Assembly: GCF_009914755.1 (NCBI RefSeq)
Contig: NC_060931.1
DNA from: the human T2T-CHM13v2.0 reference genome, Homo sapiens
Direction: 5' to 3' (one strand)
DNA length: 64,000 bases
Positions 42,701 to 58,460 of the stretch are shown here, one piece after another. Position 1 is the stretch's first letter; the number at the start of each line of letters is the position of its first letter. The notes beneath the pieces are model-generated. The model was not told the DNA's origin. It saw nothing but the letters and a program-made list of their open reading frames with translations, and ran no database searches. The translations under genes and the position numbers were made by a program.

Positions 42701-45700
42701 TTAAACACTGTAGATGTCTGTGTTATTGGCATAAAGACAAATAAAATGGAAAAGTAACCCCTTATAAAGTCAGTAGGAAAATCATAATTTGATTCTTATG
42801 TTAATCCAATTCTCATCAAAATTATATTTAGGGTGTTAAACAGCACAAATGAGTTTGAAAAAGCAAACAAATTTAATTCGTTGACTATTTCTATAGAATT
42901 TCTTTCAGTTTAACTATGAGACAACCGCTAAGAAACTAAACCAGCTAAGCTTAAGTTTATATATAATGCCCAAAAGGATACTAATAGCCTCTTCAGTGCT
43001 GGTCTTGCAAAGTCTGTAAGAAGTGACAATAAATTGCATATGTTGCATTCCCCACAACACACAAAAAAATTTGATGTGGCACAATAGTTTGCCACATAAT
43101 TAAATTGTTTTAAGTAAAGTTGTGTATAAGGTGGGAAAGCTGCAGTCTTCTGTACCTAGACTGCACAATGTACTTCAAGTCCAACCCTTGGGAAGATATG
43201 CAGCGTGGTTCAAAGAATAATGACTCCCATACGGAGTTACCAAACACTATCTTAAAAAACACTGCAAATATTGTTAACTGACCCCAAGATTTGCATTATT
43301 CTCCTTTCCTCTGATCTTTCCCTTCTTTTTTCTCCTCCTTCTCTTTGCTTTGAGCCTCCTGACAGCCAAGTACTTGCACAGTTACTTTGGGTTACAATAT
43401 GTTATCCACAGTGGAAATCAGAAGCTTTAATTCAAAAGGTGGCCACTCTTGACCTCTGACCCTGGTGCCTCCCACCCTGCTGCTCTCTTCCACTTTCTGT
43501 CTCCATGGAACTGAATAGCTAAGTGGAAAAATGGGAGCAGGCAAAGTCTATAGCTATTCATAGACCACCCCGCTCCCCCTCCCCATCAAAAAAAGAGAGA
43601 GAAAAAGATGAATGAAACTCATTCATCAATAAGCAGGAGATGAAGAAGAAAGCTTTATTGCCTAAAAAGAGAACTAAAAAACAGGGAGGACAAAAAAGAA
43701 GGAATGCCAAGGAAAGAAATGGAGAGAAGTAAGGAAGTTCACGTGGAATGCAAGCTGCAAGTTCTCAAAAATAAAAACTCAGAAGATGAAAAGCAGCATA
43801 GCACATCTCTCCAAACTGAATTATATATAAGGGGTTAATAGTTTCAAAAATGAATGCCTACTACCTGTTTTACATCTTCTTAAAACAAAGGCATGCACCT
43901 AGAGGAGAAGCAAAAGGAAAAGCCACAGAACCTCTGAGCTTGTCTTCTTTAAGCATCCTGGTGGCGCTGTTTGGGAGCTGACAGAAAAAAGACATTTGCT
44001 AAGAGTTGGGAACTAAGGACTCCCATAAAGTCCAACACTCATCTAAAGGAAATTATTTTACATAGCAGAGAGAAAGTTATAGCGGCCGTATTATTTAGAC
44101 TACTCATGCAGCTAGTCTGTATTTTACCAAGCATGGCTGAGCAATTCGAGGTGCTCAGAACCAAACCACAACATAAGAAAGTGACGCAAATCAGACTAGC
44201 CAATGTCCTCACGTTCAACCGACTTGGTAACAACACAGAAGCTGACACACACAGAGTACATCCTCTCAGTTTGAGAATGTTAGCGATTAAAATATAAAAA
44301 TCGGCACTAAATTCAGATCAACCTCAAAACTAAGTAGAGCTCAATAATTCTATAGCATTCACCATGTTCCTCCTCCACAAGATGTAAACATTCTTTAACC
44401 TATTAATCATATCTGAAAACCTGTTTTGTCTTTATCATATGAATGCTGGCTCTGAGATTAGTACACCAAAGCATTTTCATTCTGTATGAATCAGAGCAAC
44501 CACCATATGCTTCAGATCAAATATGGCAGGGCAAGAAGCTGTTTCTATCACCTTTCAGACTATTATCCTTTTACCAAAAGGACATCATCTACACCATTAG
44601 GGCTGCATAAAGATTGTTCTTGCAGAAAATAAAGTTCCCCTACTTCCTCACTGACATATTCCAGCTACTTTCAAATAGATTTTTAAATTATCTCATCAGG
44701 ATATGTGGCATTAGTCCTAAATAACTATTTGCATTCTTCCTCTTATTTCATCTCTACTGACACTCTCTGACTATATTTTCTAGGACTGTCAGATTTCAAG
44801 AATATAAGAAAATGCATGAAGAAAATGATGTATTACCATTGGAAAAAGATAAAGAGGCTGACAGTCAAATTAGCAAATTGAAATGAGCTCAAATCAAGTG
44901 GCAACCTTATGGACTTCAAGTATACAGAGTTACCACGACCTGGAGCAGGGAACTTGAGCATCTTCAAAAATTACAAAATAGGACATAGAAATAAGTGTGG
45001 AAGAATTCCTCATAGAATAATCAGAGATTCTATTCATTGTCACTATAATAAGAAGGAAACTGGAGATGAATCTGTAGCAAATACTCTTGTGAGTGCCCGC
45101 TCCCTGTGCTGCTTCCTTACCTCCTCCCCTTATAATTCTACAGATTCTCATGAAAAGAACCCAAAAAGGGACTAGAATGCAGAGGCAAAGTGGATTCAAC
45201 TCATTTTGGGCCACTGCCAGATTCTCATTAGGTCCTGGACATGTGAGCCAATGCTGATTTCCATGGCTGATCTATCCTAAATCTGCCCTTCCTGAAACAC
45301 TAGCCTTTGTCCTTCCAGTTGCCCTCTTTAAATGGGGATTTGGGTGAGAGCAATACCAAGGGGACTGTCATTATTCACCCATTATTATGAAATTGATGGG
45401 CTCTAAGTCTCTCCGGTTGAAAGCTTTGACAGGGTGACATCACATCGGATTGCAGAATCATTGCTTTCCCTGGTAAATCGGGTTACAAATGAGAATGAGA
45501 GTTGGGAGGGAGGGTAGAAAGAAGGATAAAGGAGGAGTGTTTTTCCTCAAATTCACCTCACTTCATGCTGGAGTGAGAGGCCATCCATACTCACGAAAGG
45601 CTAATTATATAAATCAAATGCCCTGGCTGAGTTTCCCACCCCCTGGGAGCAGGGAGAGCTAGGAATAAATGAGATCTTCTGCAAAATGAAAGAAACCCTT

Positions 45701-48700
45701 TGAAAAAATGCCAAAGCCAATACAGCTCAACTCACCAATTTTTTTTTGTAGAAACAGAAAAATCTGAACCAAGGATAACAAAAATAGCTGAGTTTTCATC
45801 TTCCAGCAGATTTGGAAATGTATTCACAATTTATTTACCTCCTTGCTAGAATTTATCTTTACATCACTAAATATGACAGCCCTTGAGCTAAATATATCTT
45901 CAAAATAAAATCTGACTTACTGTTTTGGAAAGATCACATTCATGTTAGTATGTCATGAGAGCAACCTATTATTAGGTAGCCAGGACTAAATGTGGTGGGA
46001 AAATCACTGCACCAGAAACAGGGATATCCACCTTTAGTGCTGGCTTTACTATTCCCTGGCACACAATCTCGGGTGGTTACTTCACCTGCCAGTGCCTCGC
46101 ATTCCTCATATGAAAATAATGGGTTTGAGGTCTACTAGCAACCCTTTGAAAAGTGCCAATTTTCCATACATGCCAGAAGCAGTCAATGCTCAGTAGAGAA
46201 ACTGAAATTCAATTAGGTATCGGTGGCATATGTGGCAGCTACTTTGAATAACGAATTTAAAGTTTGGGCTTTGGTTCATGTTGACATTTTATCTTCCCTA
46301 TGGATAGTTTCAGCCTCCATGAAAGTTTATTCTTATTCTTGTCCCTCCTCATTGACTCTTCATCATGCTGGGCCCACTGAAGCACAGCATCTGACAGCTG
46401 TTCGGTTCCTGACAATCTAAGTTTCTTTTTAGGGCAACTCAGAAAGGTACCTATTCATATTGTACTAGTAAAGTTACCACTGAGTTTCCAAGCCTGGTAC
46501 CTGGGAATAATTCAATATATGTTTGCTATAATAGAAAAAATCACTACACAAATTTTTTAATGAAAAGGCCACCTAAACTTGATTTAAGAATGCCTCTAGT
46601 TGGATGAAGAGCTGGCTTAGTCACGCTGATTTCTATTCCAACAATTCATTTTTTAAATTTTTATTTCTGACCACAAACAGCTCATTAAAATTCAGTCCAT
46701 AATTAAGAACTCAAACTAAATATGTCTATGACTATATATATATATGTATTTAATAAATATACATTACCTCCACAGTATGTATACACATATATATATTTAA
46801 TGTGAGTAATCCATTTTGTTGTTTTCCGTATGTAATATGGCTTATGATTCTGAGATTCAAGTTGATAGTGTGCTTTAACAAACACAAACCAATACCAACA
46901 ACCCTGCCCAATAGAAAGGCAGACGAAGTAATTTGCCCAAAGTCACTGATGAAGGGCAGAGCCAGAGGCAGAATGTACCCTTGTACTCTGTTTCCAACCC
47001 CCTCCACAGCTGCTTCTACTCCTGCGCTTGTTCCATGCTAAATGCCATGAGTGAGAGGGAAAGGATATTACAAGATTTTCTTTGTTCTTTGGAAGGGAGA
47101 AACAGCTTCATCTGTTCATGAAATCTCTAAAGCACCTAGGATTCTATTTTCTGTCCTCTTTTATTCAAAGGGAAGGGTACAGGAGCCCTACTGAGAGGCA
47201 CACCTATTTCCTTGCAATCTTACTCTTTCTGACTTGATTTTCTTACGGCGTGAATCTTTGTCTAGCCCAGAGAGAGGAAGAACTACTTCTCACTGAGCCA
47301 ACTCATTGTTTATTATCTTTTTAAATTTTATGCCCTGAAAAGTCATGAATTGTTACTCAAAAGTCATGAATTTTATTCTCTTTTCCTGTGCTCTGCCCTC
47401 TCTTGAGAACTAAATTATGGTTTTGTCTAGCCATCCAAAGGAAGAAAGGTTATAGGAAAACTGGACTTACCAATAGGAAAAGAAAAATCAGTACAGAATG
47501 AATCCTACTATTTAACATCACTATGTCACAGAAATACAAATGTACGTACATACATATATACAAACTACAGTGGTGACTAGTTTCTCAATTTGGATGACTA
47601 AAACCTTTTGAAACTGCTCAAGGGATTATCCATCTACTTTCTTTCTTTTTCGTGGTAGATTCTGCCAGGCTGCTATTGGGTGTTGGGGTTCAGAGCTTGG
47701 TAAGGTGAATTTTTGTGACAGATATTAATATCAGGGTAGGGTGATCTGGTAATAATCACAGTCTATATCCTGAGAGGTGGTGAGGATTAAGCCTTTATGG
47801 CAGGCAGATGATGACCAAGGACGAGATGCTCCTGATCCAGTCTTCATGTCTCCATCTCCCCACAGCACACTGGCTCTCAGTAAGTTCCCTGGGGCATAAA
47901 CACTATTCTAGGGATTGTAAATATTAAGCAGGGACAGGAAGATTTGAATCAATCAGATAACCCTAAACTTACTTGGTTTCCCTAAATTGTCTGACACTGA
48001 CATTTTGACCCCTGACGGGCCCAGATGAAAATTAAGTTACCTCTAAACCTAACAGGTTCACTTATTCTACCAGTTCAAATGACCATTTGATGTTGGGACT
48101 GAAAGAAAAAATAAGAAAGACAGGATGCAAAGTACATACTGAAATAGATCCTAGAGCACAGTAAAGAGTGAGGGTTAGATACAATTTCTCTGTGACCTGG
48201 AGGATTGGAATGGCCGAGGAAACTGATGTACGGCCATACCTTGGAGATACTGCACATTGGGTTCCAGACCACTGCAATTAAAGTGAACACCACAATAAAG
48301 CAAGTCATACAATTTTTTTGGTTCCCCAGTGCATACAAAATTTATGTTTACACTACACTGTAGCCTATTAAGTGTGCAATAGCAGTATGTCTTAAAAAGG
48401 TATTTATCTCAATTTTAAAATATTGTATTGCTAATATATGCTAATGAGCATCTGAGCCTTCAATGAGACATGATCATTTTGCTAGCAGAGGGTCTTGCCT
48501 AGATGTTGATGGCTGCTGAGTGATCAGGGCAGTTGGTTGCTGAAGTCTGGGGTGGCTGTGGCAATTTCTTAAAATAAGACAACAATGAAGTTTGTCACAT
48601 CAATTCACTCTTTCATGAATGATTTCTCTGTCTCATGTGATGGTGTTTGATAACATTTTACCCACAGGAGAACTTCCTTCAAAATCTAAGCGACTCCTCT

Positions 48701-49523
48701 CACACCTTCCCACTGCTTTATCACCTAGGTTTATTAATATTCTAAATACTTTGTTGTCATTTCAACAATGCTCACATCTCCACCAAGAGAAGCTTCCATC
48801 TCAAGAAACCACATTCTTTGCTCACCCATAAGAAGCAACTCCTCATCTGTTCAAGTTTGATCATGAGATTGCAGCAACTCAGCAATATTTTCAGGCTCCA
48901 CTTCTAATTCTAGTTCTCTTGTTATTTCCACATCTGCAATTGCTTCCTGCACTGAAGTCATGAGCCCCTTAAATTTATTCTTGAAGGTTGGAATCCACTT
49001 CTTCCAAACTTTTGCTAATGTTATTTTGACCTCCTCCCATGAATCAGGAATGTTTTTAATGGCATCTAGAATGATGAATCCTTTCCAGAAGGTTTTAAAT
49101 TTGCTTTGCTCAGATCCATCAGAGGAATCACCATCTATGGCAGCTATAGCCTGCAAAATGTATTTCTTACATATAACTTGAAAGTTGAAATGACCCTTTG
49201 ATCCATAGGCTTCAGAATGAATGTCATATTAGCAGGCATGGAAACATTAATAAAATCCTGATACATTTCCATCAGAGCTCTTGGGTGACCAGGTGCATTG
49301 TCAATGAGCAATAATATTTTGATAGGGATAGTTTTTCTCAGTAGTGGGTCTCAACAGTGAGTTTAAAATATTCGGTAAACCACACTGTAAACAGATGTGC
49401 CATCATCCAGGCTCTGTTGTTCCTTTGATAGAGCACAGGCAGAGTAGGTTCAGCATAATTCTTAAGGGCCCTAGTATTTTCAGAATGGTCAGTGAGCAGT
49501 GTCTTCAAATTCAAGTTACCATG

Positions 49524-49834
<311 letters not shown>

Positions 49835-50080
49835 ATCTAACAGAAGTCTGTTTCATTTACATTGAAAATGTGTTATTTAGTGTAGTCGCCTTTATCAATG
49901 ATCTTAGCTGGATCTTCTGGATAACTTGCTGCAGGTTCTACATCAGCATTTGCTGCTTCACTTGCACTTTTATATTATGGAGATGGTTACTTTCCTTAAA
50001 CCTCATGAACCAATCTCTGCTGGCTTAAAACTTTTCTTCTGCAGCTTCCTCTCTTCTCTCTGCCTTCATAGAACTGAAGA

Positions 50081-50536
<456 letters not shown>

Positions 50537-52327
50537 TTAATCTTCTTCAAGCACCTTTCCTTTGCATTCACAATTTGGCTGTTTGGCATGAAAGGCTTTG
50601 CTTTTGGCCTATCTTGACTTCTGATATGCCCTTCCCCACTAAGAGTAGTCATTTCTAGATTTTAATTTAAAATGAGAGATGTTCAACTCTTCCTTTTATT
50701 TGAACACTTAGAGGCCATTGTCCCATCATTGGGTTACTAGTTGGCCTAATTTCAATATTTTGTCTCAACAAATAAGGAGGCTCAATAAGAGGAAGAGAGA
50801 CAGGGAAATGACCTATCAATGGAATAGTCAGAACACACACAACATTTATCTATTTTAAGTTCGCCATCTTATACAGGTGTAGTTCATGATACCCCAAAAC
50901 AATTACAACAGTAACATCAAGATCACTGATCACAGATCACCATAAGGACATAATGGTAATAAAAATTTTGAAATATGGTATAAATTACTAAAATATGACA
51001 CAGAGACACAAAGCGACCACATGCTGTTGGAAAATGGTGCTGATAGACTTGCTCAATGCAGGGTTACCACAGATCTTCCATCTGTAAAATATGCAATCTC
51101 TGAGAAGCACAATTAAGCAAAGCCCAACAGAATGAGGTATGCCCATATATCATCAATGGACCATGTCATACAAAGTTGATGGACTTGGTTTTAAGACACA
51201 GGTGGCAACTCCTAATCCCTAATGAATCCATAAAACCTACCTGACACTGCCAATGAGAGAACTGTGATGTCTCCACATTTAAAGGACAAGATATTAATTG
51301 TTGTCAATTTTGAGTGCCAATAGCAAAGCCAATTTTTTAATTATACAGTTGTAATCATTTTCCAGTGAAAATGAATATAAATTAGACTGTGCAGCAATGA
51401 GGCATTCAAATGAATCCATCCGCGATGCACATTTCTTAGAACAGCTTGGCTTAATGGTGCTTTACTTGCTTTTCTACCAATGACAGAGAGCAGGTAAATG
51501 AGACAAGGAACTAAGCAGTGGGAGCCTACTAAAATGAGAAACAGAAGATGCTCAAAGACACACTATGCCTGTTGACAATTTGCCTGGGTGGTTTATTCTG
51601 CCCGTTCACCTGATGCATACTTGCAATCTCCACAGGTTCTAAGCTACGCTTTCTCAGCTTTCCAATTCAGCTTAAACAGTTATCTTTTGGAAAATTGTTG
51701 CCATTTAATTTTTTTTCTTTACCATTCCTCCACCCCTCTCTCATATTTATTGAAAAATGTGAAGCTATTAACCACTGGAGAGATTTTCAACACCTGGTCC
51801 AAAAATAGACAAAAAAGTAAGAAAAAGGCTAGAAAATGCCAATTTTTAAAATAAAAAAATTGAAAACTCTTAAATTTTCAATAAAGTTACACTCCAGTTT
51901 AAAACAACTACCCATACGACAAATGTATAAAACATATATATTGGGTAGTGAATGAATTAGGTGATATTAAAACTAATTCAAACTAATTTACTACTCTTTA
52001 CCTGCCACACAGTATTCTTGTGATAATCAAATGAAAAAGAAAAAAGACTAAATATAATGAAAACTGTAAAATAATTTTATATGGTGATATTTAATATTTT
52101 ATGTACTCTGCCAGGTGTTATTTATATGTGGTATTGTTACAAAATACTTCTAGGTACTTCCTACAAGTACCTAGATAAAGTAGATTCCTTTATCTTCCTT
52201 CTCGTTCCCCCCTCTCTCATTCATCTTGCTGAAACTGAGCCCTCCTGGCAGCCCTCACTCCCCACGTGTCTCCAGAGAGACATTTCACTGAGGGCCTTCT
52301 GATTTCCCCACCTCCAAATATATATCG

Positions 52328-52730
52328 TGTCTCGGCTTGCTCAATATCCACTCCAACTCTCTTCCAGCAAGCAGAAAGGGAAAAGCAAAAAGCAGAAAAC
52401 AAAATTAAACAAACTTTTAAAAAGAAATAACAACTACATTTCCCAGCCTCACTCACAACTGTTTTGCAGATGACTTAGGGAATTGCTGTTCAGATGCATT
52501 CATAAGGGAACTGAGTCATGAGGGGACACAGGCACGGTGTGTGGCATCTGGCTTGCAAGTGAGGACTGCGGCTCTGCAGTGTGTTTTTAGGAGCTATTCC
52601 CAGAAGTCCAGCTTTGAATTAATCCATTCAGCTATCCCAGTAATTGTGGGAGCTAGCTCTCCCCCTTAATCGATCCCTCACTGTTTAAACTATAATAGCT
52701 GGAGGAAATGTTATTGTTTGCAACTTTAAA
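52328..52730 (+). mobile_element. Old ERVL LTR (LTR33/LTR16-like) fragment
   Basis: ctacatttcccagcctc... and terminal ttgtttgcaact motifs. Confidence 0.4.
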
Positions 52731-53729
52731 AAATTGACCTATACTCACTCTTTCCCTTATTATCAAATTCTGCTCCCAGCCAACACTTTCATAACTATCA
52801 AAGGATTAAATAAATTCACACTAAGATTTTAAAATTTCAACTCACATGAGTAACTAATCTGAAAATCTTGAGGCAAGGTCCTCTCTTATCTTCTACAAGG
52901 TTATAAGAGCTAATGTACTACAGATATCCTATGTGTTGTACCGATAAGCTTCATTTAATCCACTTAGAAATTCAAAAGAACGTATACCTTCTTGGAATTT
53001 AATATCTCCTCAGAATTGGATGTTCACCATGCACAGACCAACTAGACTGGGCCAGACATAGGTTTATTATTCAACCTTTTTCATCAGGTGCTGGTTTCTG
53101 AGAAGGGTCTGAGAAATCACATTTGGAAAGCAGAAGATAATCTCACCTATTTTATTTTATTTTATGTATTATTTATTATATTTTCATCTATAATTCTATT
53201 ATTCAGCTGCTGAGTGATGAGCGGGACTAGAAAATCTCAGTAGAAAGGCAGAAGAAAATATCTATTTTTAGAGTCATTGTGGCTCAGTGTTCAACTATAA
53301 AGCATTGCTAAAATTTCCGGAAGGCTCTATAGTACCCTAAAAGACACAGCCCCAAGACAGGCTTTCCAGAATAGGGCATACATTGAGTACTCCATGCATT
53401 AAAGTGGCCTTAGCAGTATCATGGATCATTGCTCTTTTCTGCATGTATTAACTTACTTTGTTCCATGTACTACAGCATATGGCAAAGACGAATAAGATCA
53501 CCAATGAGGTACCAGCAATTGATGGAAGGTAGACATATATAAAAATATGTGTAGCACAATGCAAAGTTTACATGGCAGAAGCAAGTGAAAAGTGCCACAA
53601 TATTAGACTCTCAGGAGATTAGATGGGCTTAGAAGTCAAGGGAAATTGTATATACAGATGTGCCGTATACATTATGCCTATTTTTATGGTATTATCTCTC
53701 AGGTCCAAACCCAGTCTTTTACATGATGC

Positions 53730-54027
53730 TTTTTTTTTTTTTTTTTAGAGAGTCTCGCCCTCTCGCCCATGCTGAAATCCAAGCAATGGTGTGATCTCGA
53801 CTCACGGCAACCTCCGACTCCCAGGTTCAAACAATTTTCCTGCCTCAGCTTCCCAAGTAGCTGGGATTACAGGTGCCCACCACCGCACTCAGCTAATTTT
53901 TGTATTTTTAGTATAGACGGGCTTTCAACATGTTGGCCAGGCTGGTCTCAGACTCCTGACCTCATGATCCGCCCGCCTCGGCCTCCCAAAGTGCTGGGAT
54001 TACAGGTGTGAGCCACCGCACCCGGCC
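53730..54027 (-). mobile_element. AluS
   Basis: Full dimer. TSD catg[a/t]tgcttt. Confidence 0.88.
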
Positions 54028-57000
54028 CATGTTGCTTTGTGATACTAGTGACTCCTCCATGTTTTATTTCAGTTACATAATTAATACTTTAGACATTGTT
54101 AACTATTATTCATGTTCATTCTCTCTGTTAAAGTAATTGATGTGGTGTATTTCTTGGCTGATCCTGACACACAGAAATTGGTAGCCAGCACAAGGTCAGG
54201 AGTCAGACGCTCATAGATAGGATAGAGGGATTGGTTTGGCTGTGTTCTCGGGCTTGACGGTGATGGGCTCGTTGCCAATGCAAAATAGGATGCTAATAAT
54301 TATGCCATGCAATGGTATCACCATTAATCAAATGAACACCTGTACTTGATTGTAATAAATTACTTACTGAAGAAAATGCCTTAAGAGCCCAGATGGCTGC
54401 TGTCCTTGACCATTACGAAAGTAATGATGACTATGAGGACTGTGGTGTGGGATGGATTCTCCTGAATGTCCCAGAACACTTACACGAAAAAAAAAAAAAG
54501 TGCAAGCTCAAGTCCAAATTCTTATCACAAACCACAGATGAGGACTTACCTGGTAGCCTTAAAGGAATCTCATCTGTTGTAACCTCTGGGCTGATATTAT
54601 TGAACAGCAAGCACAGCTCTTAAGTGTGTGTGTTGCAGAATTACAAATTAAGTTGAAGTCACAGTTTCATCAGTTCTCTCGTGGGCAAGTTGGGACATTG
54701 TTTGGAAAGGGAGTTCCTGCAATGTGGAAAGGGGAGATCTAGCCGGATTCGAACACCCAGGATCTTAAACCACCTAGTGACTCTGGGCTTCCGTCTCACA
54801 CCCCTTACTGACAGCCTGCTGTGGAGCCAACTGAGAAACAGAAATGTGCTCTGGCAGGGTCACATGGCCAGCACTCCAGGGTAGAGCATAGAAGGGCGGC
54901 TTTGGAGCTGGGACACTAGAATGTAGTAAAAGTATCCCATGGTATAGCTGATGGGAGGTGGCATTACATGCTGGGATGGCCTAGGTATGCAGTTCTGTGA
55001 TCCTAAGTCTCTGCCTCTGCCACTGGGTTTGCATATTGAAAAAAATGCACCCTACTAGATTGGTAGCTTCACTTTTATTTTAAGTAGCAAAAACCTCCTG
55101 TCAAATAAAACCATGTCTAAAACTCCAAAATACACAACTGATAAAAATATCTGCTCTGATCATTTCTTGTGCTAACTGGGTGATCTCCTCTTGCCTGCTG
55201 CATCTACCCTGAGGCACCTCGTCAGAATCCTCAGGCTCCACTGAATATAGTCAGTAAACCTCTGAACAGAATCATCTCTTAAGGCCGTTGTTGCTCTCAA
55301 GGCAGCTCATTCCAAGATTCTCTCTTCAGGTCTGAAATACTTTTCCCAGACGATCCGTATCACCGTCACCTGGGAACTTGTTAGAAATCAAAATTCTGAG
55401 GACCCTGAACTCAAACTGCCTCAGCTCCATTCTCAGTCTCTCCATTCATTTCTGTGCAAACTTGGAGCAAGGTGCAAATCCTACACCTCATTTTCTACCC
55501 CGAGAATTTTGATCTTGAGGGCATCGTCCATATTCAGGGAACATAAGTCTTACAAGAAAGTCTCTTTGGAGGCCTAACAAATGTTCCTGAGAAATTCAGA
55601 CTGAAGCATTTTTCATGATTGCATCTGTCAAGTGGTGTAATGGAAGAGAACTTTATAAAGGCAGGCCAAGGTCACCTTTCATTAATAACAGGGGCCTCAT
55701 GCCTTTCAAACAGGAGGGGGCAGATTTTGAAAATGACCCATGCCAGATAGCAGAGGATCGAGCCGTCCCAAAAGAGAGTGGAGATTACTTTCCTTTCTGC
55801 AGAAAATGGCCAGGCAATTCAGCAAGAGCATAAGCAGGAGAGGAAAGCCCTCCTGGGGAGCATTGGGTTGCAGACTGGGCTGCCAGAGCATTACCTTTCC
55901 AGCAAATTAGCCGGCTGCCGGGTTTGGTGAGCATCATAAATCTCTAAGAACAGGGCTGCACTCATGAGGTAACCCAGGTGTTTGACCGTCTAGGATGTGG
56001 AAATACGCAAGGCAGTGGCGCCTGTGCCAAATGGGTCACAGCCACCCCTCGGTGCTGGAGTTTCCCAGGCCCCTTAGTGGAACTGCTCACAATTAACTGC
56101 TTTGTCTGTCCCCAAGCCCGGCCTCTCCATTGGAGGTGGGGTTCTCTCAGGTTGGTGGTCTCTCTCTTTCTCTCCCCTACTCTCTCATTTCCACAAATGC
56201 ATGCAATCTTAATCAGAAATTACATCAGTCACCTAGAGTGTTTCTGAGGCTGTGTTTGTGAATCTGTCACTCCATATGTCAGGCTTGATGAAAATCGGCC
56301 TGGGTGAGTCAGGGAGAGCAGGGGCTGGCCATTCAGATGGAGGCTCTGCTTCCTCTGCTCCTGGGAGTTGCCTCCAGCCATGGAGAGCTTTCTTCATTCC
56401 ACCTTTGGGTACCCTCGGTGCAGAAATCAGAATATGATTTTTAGGTTTTTTTCCTATGTGGTTAGTGAAAGTTAAATTTGAATATCAAGAATTTTATAAA
56501 TGCCCAACCACCTCCAAAATCATAATGACTTCTTTAAATTTTCTAACTAACTGAGAAGTGGGTGTATGTGGGTAAAGAGTGTGGGAGGAATCCTAGAGAT
56601 CCCCCATGTGGCAACCCCTATACTTCACATCTCCTGACCACACACATGCGAGTGCCATCTTTGGGAAATTCTATAGACTTTGGAACTTTACTGAGTTCCT
56701 TTTCATCCCAGAAACTGTAAAATGTTCTCATCCTACAGCATTTGTTGTATTTATTTTGATCGTGTGTTTATTTTCTTTCTGTCTCTGAATTGTATAGGGC
56801 CTTCTGGAAAGAATCCTGTACTTAAATGATAATTATATGTGGGGCATTCAATACTTAAACAATACTGCATTGTAGAGAACTCTGGTTTTCTTTTTCAGGG
56901 GGTGGGGGAAGGCGTCGTCCCTCTCTCAAATATTATAGTTTATAGTCTTTGCAGGAAGATGCGTCAACTGAGGCATGAGTGACCAAAGACAGGTGAGCGA

Positions 57001-57118
57001 GGTTCAGGATGAGTAAGTACCCTGGGAGTTCAAGGAGTGGGTGGCCAGGTAGGCAACAGGGCTGAAAGAAAATTTTCTAGACAAGATAGACTTGACCCTT
57101 TCTTTACAAGAGTAATCA

Positions 57119-57476
<358 letters not shown>

Positions 57477-57839
57477 TCAACACTTCATCTCTCTCTTGCT
57501 GGCCCTAATTGTAACTCCAGCGATTCCAGAGACTTCAGAGCAGAAAAACCAGGTAGAATCCTACAGATTCTTTCATACAGCATTTTATCATCTGTGGCTC
57601 CACATTAAGTATTAACTTTTTTATATATTTGTGCTCATCGTATATAATTTTAAGAAAATAAATGGTAGGCTCTAAGTTTCATTTAACTTTCTATTTCCAG
57701 GACTTTGAAAGATGAGACAAGTAAATGTGTATGCTGCGAATTAATACGTGAATGAACAAATGACTACAGGCATTATCCGAATGATATGATCCTCCTTCCC
57801 CATCTTTCTGGGTGTCGGCCTTCATTCACCATGAAGTTG

Positions 57840-58030
57840 TAAACACAACATTGATTTTGGAGTCAGACAACCTAAGTTCAAATCTAGCCTTTGCTAATTA
57901 CTGGCTGAAATCATTGAGAAATCTACTTAACCTGCCTGAGACCTCAGTTTCCTTATTTGTAAATGGAATAGTAGTGCCTCAAGTGAGATAAGGTATGTAA
58001 AAGCGGTAAGCATTGCCCTCAATAAGTAGA
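57840..58030 (+). mobile_element. MIR
   Basis: ttggagtcagacaacctaagttcaaatctagc...cctcagtttccttatttgtaaa. Confidence 0.75.
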
Positions 58031-58324
58031 ATAAACTCTCCCTCCCCACTACCGTCACCAACACCAAGATTCTTTGTCTGCTTTCTGGCATTTTAGTGAC
58101 TGCTGTCGTGTCTCTTCCTTTTTAAATTACTGTAGGGATACTTTTTTCTGATCCATCTATCTTTCTCTCTACTTTTGTCCACCACTCTCTACTTTTTGTC
58201 CGCCTAAAAAGACCTAAGCTCTCTAGTTCAACAGACACCACATCGTCGCTGACTACTTGAGTTCTGGAGTAATAGGAAATCATTGCTCTCAAAGTGTTTG
58301 TATTTGAAACCCAAAGACCTTCTG

Positions 58325-58460
58325 CAGTTTACTTAACATCCCTCAGCCTCGAATTCCTCATCTGTAAAATGGGATTAATTAGTTTCCACACTTAACAGAA
58401 TTCTTGTGAGAATTAATTGAGTCATAAAGATAGAGCATTTATCAGTCTCCGGCTTGGTAA
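58325..58460 (+). mobile_element. MIR core fragment
   Basis: ttacttaacatccctcagcctcgaattcctcatctgtaaaatggg. Confidence 0.7.

Noticed and set aside
54732-54760. tRNA-like B-box (minus strand GTTCGAATCC)
   Set aside because: No cloverleaf or A-box context. Likely chance or SINE decay.
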